Below, one piece after another: positions 9,820 through 19,806 of a DNA stretch of 64,000 nt. Below the pieces are notes generated by a model. It ran no database searches. It was not told where the DNA came from and saw only the letters and a program-made list of their open reading frames with translations. Location of the stretch: IMG/VR virus record IMGVR_UViG_3300025936_000004; one strand, written 5' to 3'. A program made the translations under genes and the position numbers. The stretch's first letter is position 1; every line of letters starts with the position of its first letter. The stretch is from an uncultured virus (IMG/VR IMGVR_UViG_3300025936_000004) (lineage: Duplodnaviria; Heunggongvirae; Uroviricota; Caudoviricetes).

Positions 9820-10242
9820 TCATAGAATCCCCCGAAGCGTTCCCGCGGCCTTGCGTTTCATGCGTGTCGCGCGAGCATTCCGAACATGCTGCACGTGATC
9901 AATACGAAGATGACAACGCTGGCAGAGACATAGCAAATTCATCTCATTGCAGTTCGACGGCGTTGGATCCGGGTAGTGAGCGATCGTGAGCACTACTCGG
10001 ACCAAGCGGCTACTGCATTCCGGATCGCCACCGAGACACAGCGAGCAGCCGTGATGCTCCTGCCATTGCGCGGGGTTTGCCGGGTTGCGCTTGATGATTG
10101 CGCCGTTGGGAACGTTGCAGCGCCCGCCATCGTGGGCGTCTCCGCACTGCCCCGAGCATTCGCAGCGCTCGCCCGCGCGCCTTAGGATCGAATCGCGGAT
10201 CTTGCGCCAGTTCTTCGGGTAGCGTGAATAGTCACAGGGCAT
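9820..10242 (-). CDS. HNH-family endonuclease
   Basis: CECSGQCG...VVLTIAH......NC...NL..LCQRCH. Confidence 0.75.
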   Translation of the reverse strand: MPCDYSRYPKNWRKIRDSILRRAGERCECSGQCGDAHDGGRCNVPNGAIIKRNPANPAQWQEHHGCSLCLGGDPECSSRLVRVVLTIAHYPDPTPSNCNEMNLLCLCQRCHLRIDHVQHVRNARATRMKRKAAGTLRGIL

Positions 10243-10813
10243 GGTGTGCCTCCCGAATCTGACTCAACGTACACAGCGCGCTGACCGGCACGTCCGGTCC
10301 CACTACGTTCCGAATGCGATCGAGCCCGTTCTGCTCTCGGTCAACCAGCGCAATCACCTGTCGAACGTGCAGACCGAAGTCCTGACACGCGAGCACTGCG
10401 GTGATGATGCTTTCGCCCGTGGTGACCACGTCATCGACAAGACAAACGTTGAAACCGGGCTGAACGGCACCTTCGATCATACAGTAGGTGCCGTGGGTTT
10501 TTTGTCGAAGACGAACGTAGAACCACGGCATCGTGTAGATGAACCGAGTGCTCCGAAGGGCCACTGCCGCAGCAATCGCAATGCCGCCTATTGCGACTCC
10601 GCCAATAGCGTCGACGTCGTTACGAGCGATGCCTACCGCTTCCGCGACCTCTCTGAGTGCATCGGGATGGCCCAGAACCTTACGGCAATCGAGGTACTCC
10701 CGTGTGGTCTGCCCAGATGCCAGAGTCATGTACTCGCCCGCTGGCTTCACCTGGTACGCATGGCGAGCAAGTAGCTCAACGAGCTTCGGATGAAGGCTGG
10801 GATCAACCGGCAT
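10232..10813 (-). CDS. pyrE: Orotate phosphoribosyltransferase-like type I PRTase
   Basis: LASG...YLDCR, YVR...KTHGT...IEG, PRPP motif LVDDVVTTGES, LVDRE. Confidence 0.85.
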   Translation of the reverse strand: MPVDPSLHPKLVELLARHAYQVKPAGEYMTLASGQTTREYLDCRKVLGHPDALREVAEAVGIARNDVDAIGGVAIGGIAIAAAVALRSTRFIYTMPWFYVRLRQKTHGTYCMIEGAVQPGFNVCLVDDVVTTGESIITAVLACQDFGLHVRQVIALVDREQNGLDRIRNVVGPDVPVSALCTLSQIREAHHAL

Positions 10814-11297
10814 GGGCTACTCCGTATTCGGCCGGGCATTCAATCCGGGTGATGAGCTCATCCGGAATCCCGTTGTGGCTGGCCTGAGCTAACGTGTGAT
10901 CGGTCCCGTGCGTTTTGGACCACGGTGCCACAAGGCCTAGCACGCGCACGTCAAGGCCAACTGCGTGAGCTTCAGCGCATCGACGCGCGAGAAACCGATT
11001 GCGCTCAAGTGGATGAACCGATCCCTGCGGAGCCCACCACCGACGGCCCTGGTGATAGATCCCGCAATCCAGCGTGTAGGACCATCCGTCCGTTCGGTAT
11101 TCGTAGACCCAAGCGCCAAGCCTGTGCGCAATCAGACTTGCATCGCGGTCGCCCTTCTCGGCTCCGCCATTGAACACGGTACGGTATCCGATCTCACGGA
11201 TCTGAGATTCCAGGGTGTCACGCATCCACACGCAAGCATTGGCTGTGTCGTGCAATGCACGGGACACCGTGACCAGCAGGTAGCTCCTGGGTTTCAT
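10803..11297 (-). CDS. SLOG-superfamily (DUF2493/YspA-like) protein
   Basis: GGA..GD..A, PLERN, S...GT.HT motifs. Confidence 0.6.
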   Translation of the reverse strand: MKPRSYLLVTVSRALHDTANACVWMRDTLESQIREIGYRTVFNGGAEKGDRDASLIAHRLGAWVYEYRTDGWSYTLDCGIYHQGRRWWAPQGSVHPLERNRFLARRCAEAHAVGLDVRVLGLVAPWSKTHGTDHTLAQASHNGIPDELITRIECPAEYGVAHAG

Positions 11298-11786
11298 AGC
11301 AGTCCCCTCCTGCGCCACATCGCCACTTCAGTCGATAGCGCCATGGCATGCATCGAAAGCTCGCCATACAGGTGCTGAATGCCGTTGCCGAATGAATCCG
11401 TGACCAGCACGCGATCGCGTTCCCTAAGCAGCACACGGATGGTGTATTGCCCAAGTTTCCGAGCGAATGCGGTCAGTGTGACGTTGTGCGTGGTCATAGC
11501 TGGTGTACCCCGCCATAGACTTCCGCGATGTCCAGCAACACCGCATGCGCCTCCATCGCACCAGCGTGCTTTGTGATGAGCGCTGCAAGTCTCTCTGCCG
11601 TTTTGGTCTGATCGTGGTGGTTGGCATTCTCCGCCTCCGCCGAATGCCACTCGATCAACTCAGCAAGCGTGATCTCGCCAGCCGGCTTGAGGGCGTGATA
11701 ATCGGACGCCTTGACGACACGTTCTAGACACCACTCGTCGTACTCTTCGTAGTGCCGCACGCGCATCATTGGGTAGCGTTTTGTGC

Positions 11787-12083
11787 TCACCGCACATCCC
11801 TGCCCTTCTGCAGCTCTTCCTCGATCTTGCGAATGATCAGGCGCCGTGTTGCGAGCGAGGCTGGCGGATCCATCTGCGCAAGCATGACCATCGCCTGCTC
11901 GAGCTGACGGATCCGCCGAAACGCTTCCTCCAGGGTGAGCACAGGCGCGAAGGGATCGCTCGCAGCACCGGGTGCCGGCACCGAGCCAACGCCATTGCAG
12001 ACGTGGCACTTCACGGTGATCTCACCGATCGGCTCACGACCACTACCGTTACACGGAGTGCAGATGACAGTCAGCGTGCTCAC
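11787..12083 (-). CDS. DnaJ-type zinc-finger small protein
   Basis: CTPCNGSG and CHVCNGVG repeats. Confidence 0.65.
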   Translation of the reverse strand: MSTLTVICTPCNGSGREPIGEITVKCHVCNGVGSVPAPGAASDPFAPVLTLEEAFRRIRQLEQAMVMLAQMDPPASLATRRLIIRKIEEELQKGRDVR

Positions 12084-12570
12084 TGGCCTCGCGCCTCCAT
12101 CAACCGTTGTAGTGCCACGATTCGGAGCGTCGCCAGATCCCGATCCGCACGCTCTTCATCCGTGAGCAGGTGCGGCATGGGCCGGTCGACCTTGCGCGTG
12201 ACCACGTCAAGCAACACAGCTTCCACAAGCGCAATGCGTTCATTGACCGCAGCAAGCTCGGCGCGGATCTGGGCGAGTTCTTCGCTACCCACGGATGTCC
12301 TCGCTCTTGCATTCGGTGACGGAGATTTCGTCAAGCTTGCCGGCCTTGCGAATATCTGCCGCGGTTTCATATGCCCAGTTGCGCTTCGCGATCCGTTCGC
12401 ACTCGTAATAGACGTCCGCCTGAATCACCCGCGTGAACGCGCTGACCTGGTCCCGGCTGAACTCCGCAAGCAGTCGGCGAATGGGCCCTATGGCCGCCTC
12501 ACGCGAACCGGATGCCGCGGCAACGGCATCCAGAATGCGCTCGGCCACGACATCGATGGCGTTCGGCTCA

Positions 12571-13104
12571 TTAGGCATTGGAGTTCTCCTCGAACCACTC
12601 CGGATTGTGCTCGCGCATCATCGCCTCGACCTCCTCGGCGCTATATTCCCGTTCGGCCACGATTTCGCAGCGCCAGACCTTGGCCTGGGAACACACACGC
12701 ATCACCAGCTCCGTCATCGCAGGCAGCATCTCTTTCAAGTCCTCGCCATCGATTTCATCGCCGTTCCCGTTGGGATCGCCGAAGTCCTCGCTAAAACTCT
12801 CGTCTAGGCGTTCTAGGAGAGACTCCGCGAGGCCCTTGGCCCACTCTTCGGTGACCGTTTCTGGATTGTGCGCAGTGACGGTGATGGGCGTGTGCTCACG
12901 AATGAGCGCGACGACGTCGCAGCCGCGTTCCATCCAGCTTTCCAGCCAGTCCGTGATGGCTTCCTCGGGTGATCGGTGCGAGAGCACTTCGCTGTTGCGG
13001 GCATCGTAAAACTCCGCGGTATCGAACGCATCGTCGGTGCGTTTGGTCTCCGCGAACATTTCAGTCTGCCGCGGGTCAGGCAGTGTGATGTCGTTGTTAG
13101 CCAT
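12571..13104 (-). CDS. Acidic hypothetical protein
   Basis: GAGGAG RBS; very Glu/Asp-rich. Confidence 0.6.
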   Translation of the reverse strand: MANNDITLPDPRQTEMFAETKRTDDAFDTAEFYDARNSEVLSHRSPEEAITDWLESWMERGCDVVALIREHTPITVTAHNPETVTEEWAKGLAESLLERLDESFSEDFGDPNGNGDEIDGEDLKEMLPAMTELVMRVCSQAKVWRCEIVAEREYSAEEVEAMMREHNPEWFEENSNA

Positions 13105-13492
13105 TGGAACCGCTCCTCAGTTCACTCGCCGCCGTCGGCACGTTTCGCACAATAGGCCCGGTGGCGTTGGTGTGATGTGGCCACAGCGGCAGGTGCGCGT
13201 GGCACGCTCGCAGCTCACGCACACCCAGTAGACGACCTGCTGGTCATGTTTACAGCTAGTTGAACGAGTATTGGTCACGGTGTGGTCTCAGCACGCTCGC
13301 TTGGGTTCATGTATTTCTCGATCGCGGCCCGTAGCCGCTGATAGGCTGCTGCTGCTTTGGGATCCTTGGTGACATCCGGGGGCGGGATCATCAGGACCGC
13401 AGCCCTTGCAGCATCCGCGATGTTCACTAGGTCTTCGGTATCGCTGGCGACGCGCCTGGCCCGGGCGATCGCCTCCATGTCACGGTTGGGTC

Positions 13493-14941
13493 TCATGCTG
13501 CCTTGCCTTTCTTGCGTGACTTGGGCTGCTTGGCATTGGCATAGATTGCGCGGCAAACGTTGATCGCACCCATCTGCGTGAGGGGGGTCTGCGTGTTGGC
13601 GGACAACTCGACCAGGCGCGGTACGACGATCCGAACGAGTTGCTCGCGACTGGGCTTGAACTCGTCGAAGTGTTTCTCAATGCCGTTTTGCAGTTCGTAG
13701 ACGTTGGCCTTGCTTGCGACGTAGGCAATGAGCCGGTCTTCCGCCGAGGCCTGCGCGAACTGGTTGTTTTCGCGCACGTGGTCTGCATCCATGATCGCGT
13801 CACGCTCCGGGTCACTATCGTTTGCAGCAGGCGCCTCGGGCTTCGGAGTGCCGCCACCGTTCGGGGGCTTGGGCGGATCCTTGGGTGCTAGGGCGTTCTT
13901 GAGCCACTGTGCCGCGGTCTTTGCGTCGGTCATGCCCGGCACGAGTTCCTGCACGCGTCGGACAGCTACCTTGCGCAGTAGGTCACGAATCTCTTCAGCT
14001 CGCAGATCAATGGCCGGCTTGTGCTTCTGGATAGTCTCTGCCACGTCTTCAGCAGAATCAGCAAGCTCGAGTAGATCCATGACGTCGGCGTACACGCTGT
14101 CGCGTGGGGTCTTGTCGCGCATCTCCAGGGCGGCAACGTGTTCGTTGAGCTGATTCCTCGTTGCGCTTACCTTCGTGACGCCGAGTACAGCTTTCTGCGC
14201 TTCGTATAGGTATTCAGCGCTCCCGCCGGCTTCTGCGTACACAGCATCCTTGTGCTTGCGCCAGATGCGTGCAGCCCGAAGCAAGTCCGTGCCACGCTCA
14301 TCGACATCATCAAGATCGGCGTTGAGAGCGTCGAGCGCAGGGGTGTCTTGTGCGGGCGGATCGTGAGCGAGATCGTTCTCGGGTGCTGCTGGTTGGTTCT
14401 GCAGAACGATCGGCGGTGCCGCAGACTTAGCGTGCGCTGGAATGGATTCGACCTCGGTCTCGTCGAGCATTCCGAGACCCAGGATTGAAAGCGTTGCTCT
14501 GCGCTTGGCCTTCGTTTCACACTTCATCATCACATTGGCGGGGTCGGTGAGCGGCACCGTCGCAACAGCCGTTTCACTGCGGCCGTTGGGATGCGTGGCT
14601 CTGCACACCGCATAGAACAACTTAGTGCCAGCGATATCGATCAGCCTAGGGCCCTCGATGATCTCGCGGGTCAGTCGATGAATGGCGGCAAGTTGATCTG
14701 TCGCGCCGCGTGTGGGGTAGCAAATCTCCTTGCCATTGAGCCGCAGGATGGCGAAAGGCTGCGTTGCCGGGGTGAGTCCTAGGCTTGTGCACAGCTGGAC
14801 GTAGTAATTCGCACGCTCCTCGGGATTGAGCGCGCTGATGTCCCCACGGAGCACAAGGCTCTCGACCATGCGCTTGGTGGTTTGTTGATCGAGCTGGATC
14901 TCCGCCCGGTCGCTCTTCTGGATCGACTTGACCTCACCCAT
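13493..14941 (-). CDS. Single-strand annealing recombinase (RecT/Bet-like N-terminal domain) with long C-terminal extension
   Basis: GDIS.L..EER..YY...C.SLGL.P..QPF....LNGK...Y....ATDQL and MKCETKAKRRATL..LGLGMLDE.E. Confidence 0.7.
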   Translation of the reverse strand: MGEVKSIQKSDRAEIQLDQQTTKRMVESLVLRGDISALNPEERANYYVQLCTSLGLTPATQPFAILRLNGKEICYPTRGATDQLAAIHRLTREIIEGPRLIDIAGTKLFYAVCRATHPNGRSETAVATVPLTDPANVMMKCETKAKRRATLSILGLGMLDETEVESIPAHAKSAAPPIVLQNQPAAPENDLAHDPPAQDTPALDALNADLDDVDERGTDLLRAARIWRKHKDAVYAEAGGSAEYLYEAQKAVLGVTKVSATRNQLNEHVAALEMRDKTPRDSVYADVMDLLELADSAEDVAETIQKHKPAIDLRAEEIRDLLRKVAVRRVQELVPGMTDAKTAAQWLKNALAPKDPPKPPNGGGTPKPEAPAANDSDPERDAIMDADHVRENNQFAQASAEDRLIAYVASKANVYELQNGIEKHFDEFKPSREQLVRIVVPRLVELSANTQTPLTQMGAINVCRAIYANAKQPKSRKKGKAA

Positions 14942-15737
14942 TGCCCCGCACTCCTTCCACTCGTGATCCCAACAGCACCCGCCGCGCCATCTGCAGCTCA
15001 ACTCGATCGAACCCGAAGTACTCCAGCCACCCGAACGCCTCTTCGATCCATTCCACCGGCAACTCGTCCATCTGCCGCCTCCATCGCTACCGAACGACCC
15101 CCGTCTGCAGACAGGAGTCGAGCGCTATCGATGGCCCCCTATGCCGCTCGGGCTGCCTCCACCGCCGCAAGCATCTGTTGCACCGCCGCCCTTGAAGCGC
15201 GTTCAGCTGCGTCACGCTTCGCCCTTCTCACCGTCCTGCCGTGTCCTCTGTCGATCCAGATGGCAGCGTGCTTCCGTGCAATCGCCTCTATCCGGTGAAT
15301 CGATACCGTTGGGTAGCTGAATGCGATCTGTCGACGCCGGTAGTCGTACGAGCCGATCGCTTGCCGGCTTGTGGGGTGAAGCGTCTTCAGGGCGCAGGCT
15401 TCGACGAGCAGGCGCATGTGGGCAAGGAGACTCATCCTTGCCCCATGCGCGCAACGGCCGCGCGGTTCTGCTCCTGGGCCCAGGCTACGTAGTCGGTGCA
15501 CTCGCGGCCGATCTCGTTGGCACGCTCGCGGGTCAGAAAGCCATCAGCCACCAGCGCATCGACTTCGCCGGGCTCGTCACGGTCAAAGTGCGAACGTGCT
15601 TGGCACTCTGCACAATGGAGCCGTCCTGACATGGAAGGCTCGTTGCAGCTGTCACACACTGGATCCGAGGTACGAGGGTCAAGGGCGCTACACATCGTGG
15701 AACTCCATCGCGACCAGCAAAAGACCGGGCGACAGAG

Positions 15738-15770
15738 ATCATCTTAATTAAGACAAACTTCGGATGCAAG
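15738..15770 (-). promoter_or_regulatory. Leftward early promoter overlapped by an operator
   Basis: Minus strand TTGCAT-17 bp-TAAGAT; perfect palindrome TCTTAATTAAGA at 15742-15753; second site at 15785-15794. Confidence 0.75.
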
Positions 15771-15789
15771 CCCTGGAAGGGAAAATTAA

Positions 15790-16455
15790 TTAAGTTCCGG
15801 TATACAGGGTAGGCCTTGGAGAGATGGGTAGTTTTTCGGATTCCGACTCAAGGTCCCTCATGACATTCCGGACCCGTAGGGACAGCAAGTGTCGTGGGGC
15901 GTATCGATTGCAACGGACCAGCGCCTCGGTCATGGCCCCTTGTCCGCCCGATGCGGCAAGGTTGGCGATGATCCAGGGCCGGGGGGCCATCAACGTCATT
16001 GCGAGGGCGTAGACGTCACCATGGTCATGCTTGAGGCAATTGCGACGAAGCAGCACATGGGCAAGCTCGTGATACAGCAGCTCACCGAGTTTGCGACCGC
16101 TGGCCAGGATCGGGTAATACAAGACGCGATCGCCCTCCACGGACCAGCAGCGGAGGTTCTCCTCCAGCGTCGGGCACACAAGAACATCGTTGGCATGCGC
16201 GAGCAGCATGGGATGCGCAAACGGATCATCAAATGCCGCGCGATCGTAGATCTCTTCTGTGATGTGCTCTAAGGTTGCAGGCCTCACAAAGCGCGGCTCA
16301 CTTGCAATTCTGATCAGCGCGCTTTGTTGTTTAGGTGTGACACGTGAGCTGGCGGACCAGACGGACTGGAGCTGCCCCATATGCCCAAACATGCAGGAAA
16401 GGAACATGTGGCGCAAGCCGTAGTCGTGAGCACGGATACATTGGACTGCATCCAA
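15790..16455 (-). CDS. ImmA/IrrE-like HExxH metallopeptidase
   Basis: LYHELAHVLL and downstream A.TLMAP; located in the immunity region; start uncertain. Confidence 0.65.
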   Translation of the reverse strand: MDAVQCIRAHDYGLRHMFLSCMFGHMGQLQSVWSASSRVTPKQQSALIRIASEPRFVRPATLEHITEEIYDRAAFDDPFAHPMLLAHANDVLVCPTLEENLRCWSVEGDRVLYYPILASGRKLGELLYHELAHVLLRRNCLKHDHGDVYALAMTLMAPRPWIIANLAASGGQGAMTEALVRCNRYAPRHLLSLRVRNVMRDLESESEKLPISPRPTLYTGT

Positions 16456-16519
16456 TGAAAGTTGGAATCCAAGTTATAGCTTGTGTTGCACAAGCCATAC
16501 CTTGTGTTGGCTCGAGCGC

Positions 16520-16786
16520 GTGGCGAGACACAGTCCGTCCAGGGATTCGCACGCTTATCGGGATTTACAGCGGCGGTTCATACAGAACCTTCGCCGAATT
16601 CGCATCGAACTCGGTCTTACACAGGAGCAACTTGCTGAACGCTGCGGATGGGACTCGCAACGCATCCAACAGCTTGAACATCCCGACACTGCCAACCCAA
16701 CCCTTCGATCCGTTGCGCGCGTCAGCCAAGGCCTTGGAATCGATCCTTTGGTTTTATTCCAAGCCCCGCCCAAAGAAAAACGCTAG
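16520..16786 (+). CDS. XRE-family HTH regulator
   Basis: NLRRIRIELGLTQEQLAERCG...IQQLE...NPTL. Confidence 0.85.
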   Translation: MARHSPSRDSHAYRDLQRRFIQNLRRIRIELGLTQEQLAERCGWDSQRIQQLEHPDTANPTLRSVARVSQGLGIDPLVLFQAPPKEKR

Positions 16787-17382
16787 CGCTTCTTTCGCTT
16801 CGGCCTGCGTAGTTCTGAAACCCTACGATCAAGCTCCGCGCTCGTTTGCTCAAGCACTTGAGCTGGTGTGGCATAGCGAAAGATCTCGAGCGCTTCATCG
16901 ATCACGTATTGAGTCGTCACGCCGTCTCGGGGAATCAGCCCAGTACGCCCGCGCGCTTGATCGAACACCCAACCGGGCACGCCATCCATCTGAATGCGAG
17001 CAGCGGTCTCTGCGTCTGCCCAGCCTGGCATGTCCCCATTTTTAAGAAAATCTCCGTCACGCACGACTCGAAGATCCGCGGGGCGTTGATTCCAGGCGGC
17101 TAGAGCGCGTTGCTCAAGCTCATCGCCGGTGATCCCCAATACCCGGGCCATGCCTTTAAAGGTGTCGTAGCCAATGCCGCGACCGTGATTTTTCGCGGTC
17201 GAGATCTGCGCCTCAGTGAGCCCGGCAAGCTTCGCAAGGTCTTTTGCTTTTCGCTTGGGGGCAGCTGCCAACCAGACAGCCATTTGGGTCTGTAGATAGA
17301 TCCGCAGGTATTCGGGAACTCCCTTGCCCCGGCTGCGTCCGTTTTGCGCGTTCTGACTCATAGGTAAATGGCTAGCATGCAT
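16783..17382 (-). CDS. CI-like repressor (HTH)
   Basis: KDLAKLAGLTEAQISTAKN.GRGIG HTH; divergent from the Cro-like gene. Confidence 0.7.
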   Translation of the reverse strand: MHASHLPMSQNAQNGRSRGKGVPEYLRIYLQTQMAVWLAAAPKRKAKDLAKLAGLTEAQISTAKNHGRGIGYDTFKGMARVLGITGDELEQRALAAWNQRPADLRVVRDGDFLKNGDMPGWADAETAARIQMDGVPGWVFDQARGRTGLIPRDGVTTQYVIDEALEIFRYATPAQVLEQTSAELDRRVSELRRPKRKKR

Positions 17383-17390
17383 GTGATTTC

Positions 17391-17450
17391 ACTTAGTTAA
17401 GTTCCACAGCCCATCCTGGACTTGACCGATGGTTCCGCTTAATTAAGAAT
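17391..17450 (+). promoter_or_regulatory. Rightward promoter with two operators
   Basis: ACTTAGTTAAGT at 17391-17402; CTTAATTAAG at 17438-17447; TTGACC at 17422-17427. Confidence 0.7.
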
Positions 17451-17456
17451 AAACAT

Positions 17457-17795
17457 ATGGCACTGATTCAAGACGTGATGCCTCGCGGCCCGATCGCGTT
17501 GAAAGCATTTCTTGCTGAGCACGGACTTCGGCAGAAGGACTGCGCTCACGGCGTGGGTGTTCCGGAAGCCTCGGTCTCGCTTTGGCTCAGCGGGTTTCAG
17601 CGCCCGCGGGAAGCGCATCTGCGAGCCATCGAGGTTTGGACTGACGGCGCTGTACCGGCATCTTGGTGGCTCACCGACGAGGAGCGCGCCGAGATCGCCA
17701 AGATCAAGCCGTTTCAACCAAGCGCCACGCCGGCTAATGATCCGCCGCCATCTTCGCCCCGTCGCAAGCCTCGCCGCTCGCGCGTCGCAGCCTAA
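17457..17795 (+). CDS. Cro-like HTH regulator
   Basis: LRQKDCAHGVGVPEASVSLWLSG.QRP...IEVWTDGAV. Confidence 0.8.
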   Translation: MALIQDVMPRGPIALKAFLAEHGLRQKDCAHGVGVPEASVSLWLSGFQRPREAHLRAIEVWTDGAVPASWWLTDEERAEIAKIKPFQPSATPANDPPPSSPRRKPRRSRVAA

Positions 17796-18191
17796 GGACT
17801 CGTCGTGTTCGAAGAGCAGTGGGCGCACTACGCGCATCATTCCAAGATCCCACAAACCGGGACAATCAGCAACACGCATGAAACCGGACAAGTCGGCTGG
17901 GCTGTAGCTCCTGACTTTGCTTGCAATCCCGTTGCGTTAACACCCGACTGGGCACGGGGGCTTTCATGACCCGTCTATGGCTCACCCTCGCCCTGTGGCT
18001 CGGTCGCGCGAAAGCCTGGTGCTCGCGACAAGCGCGGGAGACGCCGCGATGATCCGCCTTGCTCGCTGGTGGGGATTCCCGCCCTGGCAACTGGCCCTTG
18101 CAGTCGTCGTGAGTTTCGCGATCGGCTGGCAGCTCGAAGAGTGTCGACATCTGCCCGATCCGCAGCCGGCAATCGTGCCCGCGAGGCTACC

Positions 18192-18398
18192 GTGACCACC
18201 GACCGTGAACTCCGGATTGGCGCCATCTACATCGATGGCCTTGTGCACTACGACGTGCGGTACTGGCGCCGCCATGGCCCGCTGTTCGTGGCCGAGAAAC
18301 GCTACCTCGTGCTCGATGGGCGTGACGTCGGTGGGCTGATTACGGGGCTACTCGGCGTGCGCAAGGCCATGGCGGCACTGGGGAGGCGCGATGAGTAA
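18192..18398 (+). CDS. PC4/YdbC-like small nucleic-acid-binding protein
   Basis: ELRI......YDVRYW......KR.LVL pattern; GTGA coupling. Confidence 0.4.
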   Translation: MTTDRELRIGAIYIDGLVHYDVRYWRRHGPLFVAEKRYLVLDGRDVGGLITGLLGVRKAMAALGRRDE

Positions 18399-18603
18399 CG
18401 ACGAGCCAGCGCTCCGTCTGCGTTGTCCCGAAGACGTCGCGCATCCAGACCCGACGGGCGGACACGTACGTGTGGATATCGGCATGCCGGTCTCACTCGA
18501 CCTGCTCCCGCGTCTCGTTCGCGCGGTCGATCCGTGCGTGTGCGGGCGAAAGCTCGTGATCCTCGCAGCGGACCAGTCCGATCCGTGGAGGGACCATGGG
18601 TAA
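18391..18603 (+). CDS. Zinc-binding microprotein, paralog 1
   Basis: LRLRCP.D...H...DPCVCG.KL. Confidence 0.7.
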   Translation: MSNDEPALRLRCPEDVAHPDPTGGHVRVDIGMPVSLDLLPRLVRAVDPCVCGRKLVILAADQSDPWRDHG

Positions 18604-18784
18604 CGACGGCATCCTGCGCTTGCGGTGTCCGAACGATGGCGAGGACGGCGATCCGTACGGCCACCTCGGTGCGGCCATTCGCCTGCCGATGAAAGCGGAC
18701 GGGCTCGGCGAGATCTTGGCAGCCCTCGGTGATTGTCCCTGCGGCGCCAAGCTGATCGCGCTGACGGAGGACGCGAATGGCTAG
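18596..18784 (+). CDS. Zinc-binding microprotein, paralog 2
   Basis: LRLRCP.D...H...GDCPCG.KL; GGAGG RBS. Confidence 0.7.
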   Translation: MGNDGILRLRCPNDGEDGDPYGHLGAAIRLPMKADGLGEILAALGDCPCGAKLIALTEDANG

Positions 18785-18980
18785 CGATGGCGTGGTGCGC
18801 TTGCGGTGTCCTCGAGATGTGGCCGATCCGTCACATCCCGAGCGGCATCTCGCGATCGACGTTCGGCAGCCAGTGTCTCGGATCAAGCGAGACTTCCTTG
18901 CTGATTCCTTCGGGGACTGCTCGTGCGGAACGGCGCTCATCATCTTGAAGCACTCACGCGATCCATGGGTGAGGTCATGA
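18777..18980 (+). CDS. Zinc-binding microprotein, paralog 3
   Basis: VRLRCP.D...H...GDCSCG..L; GGAGG RBS. Confidence 0.7.
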   Translation: MASDGVVRLRCPRDVADPSHPERHLAIDVRQPVSRIKRDFLADSFGDCSCGTALIILKHSRDPWVRS

Positions 18981-19206
18981 CAAGCAAGTACGTTCCCGGA
19001 CGCATCAAGCCGAGACATCCCGCGCTCTCAGACCCCAAGGAACTCGAGCGCGTGTTCAAGCGCTACAACGGCAGCGCCCGGCTCGCGAGCATGTCCATGG
19101 GGTGCTCAGAGACCACCGTGACCAAGGCGATCCGGGAACTCAGGCCCGATCTGTACGAAGCACTGGTTGCGCAGGGCAAGGCGCGCGGGCCGAAGGTAGG
19201 ACCGCT

Positions 19207-19563
19207 GTGAGCTGGCACGTGCACATCGACGGCCTTCGCCTCGAATCGCCCAATGTCACACGCAACGAAGCGTGGGGCAAACGCAAGCGCACCGTCGACT
19301 CACAGCGGGAGTGGGTGTTCACGAAAGTGATGTCTGTGGTCGGCGTGAACCGACCGGCATTGCCACTTGTCATCACGATCGTGCGCATCGGACGCGGGAC
19401 CATGGATGACGACAACTTGGCAGGAAGCGCGAAGGCCGTGCGCGATTCTGTGGCGCTGTACCTAGGGGTTAAGGACAACGACAAGCGCCTGACGTGGCGA
19501 TACGCGCAGGAGAAGTCACGAGGGTACGGAGTACGGGTGGAGCTGGAGCAAAAGTATGAATGA
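19207..19563 (+). CDS. RusA-like Holliday junction resolvase
   Basis: DDDNL...KAVRDSV......DND acidic motif. Confidence 0.7.
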   Translation: MSWHVHIDGLRLESPNVTRNEAWGKRKRTVDSQREWVFTKVMSVVGVNRPALPLVITIVRIGRGTMDDDNLAGSAKAVRDSVALYLGVKDNDKRLTWRYAQEKSRGYGVRVELEQKYE

Positions 19564-19806
19564 CCCGATGACAGGGCTAAATGAATTCGAGCGCTGGATC
19601 AAACTCGCGCAAGACACTGGTGCGCCTGGCGACTTCCGGCAAGCGCTCGTGAATGTACACGACACGCTCTATGCAGCGTGGAAGTCGGCCAGGGCGTGCT
19701 TTGGCGATAAGGCTAAACCGGAACACGCGCTGGAAATCTGCCGTCAGATGATGACCGAGATGGCCAGACTGAAGACACGAGAGTCAGAAAGTTTTGAGGG
19801 AGTTCA

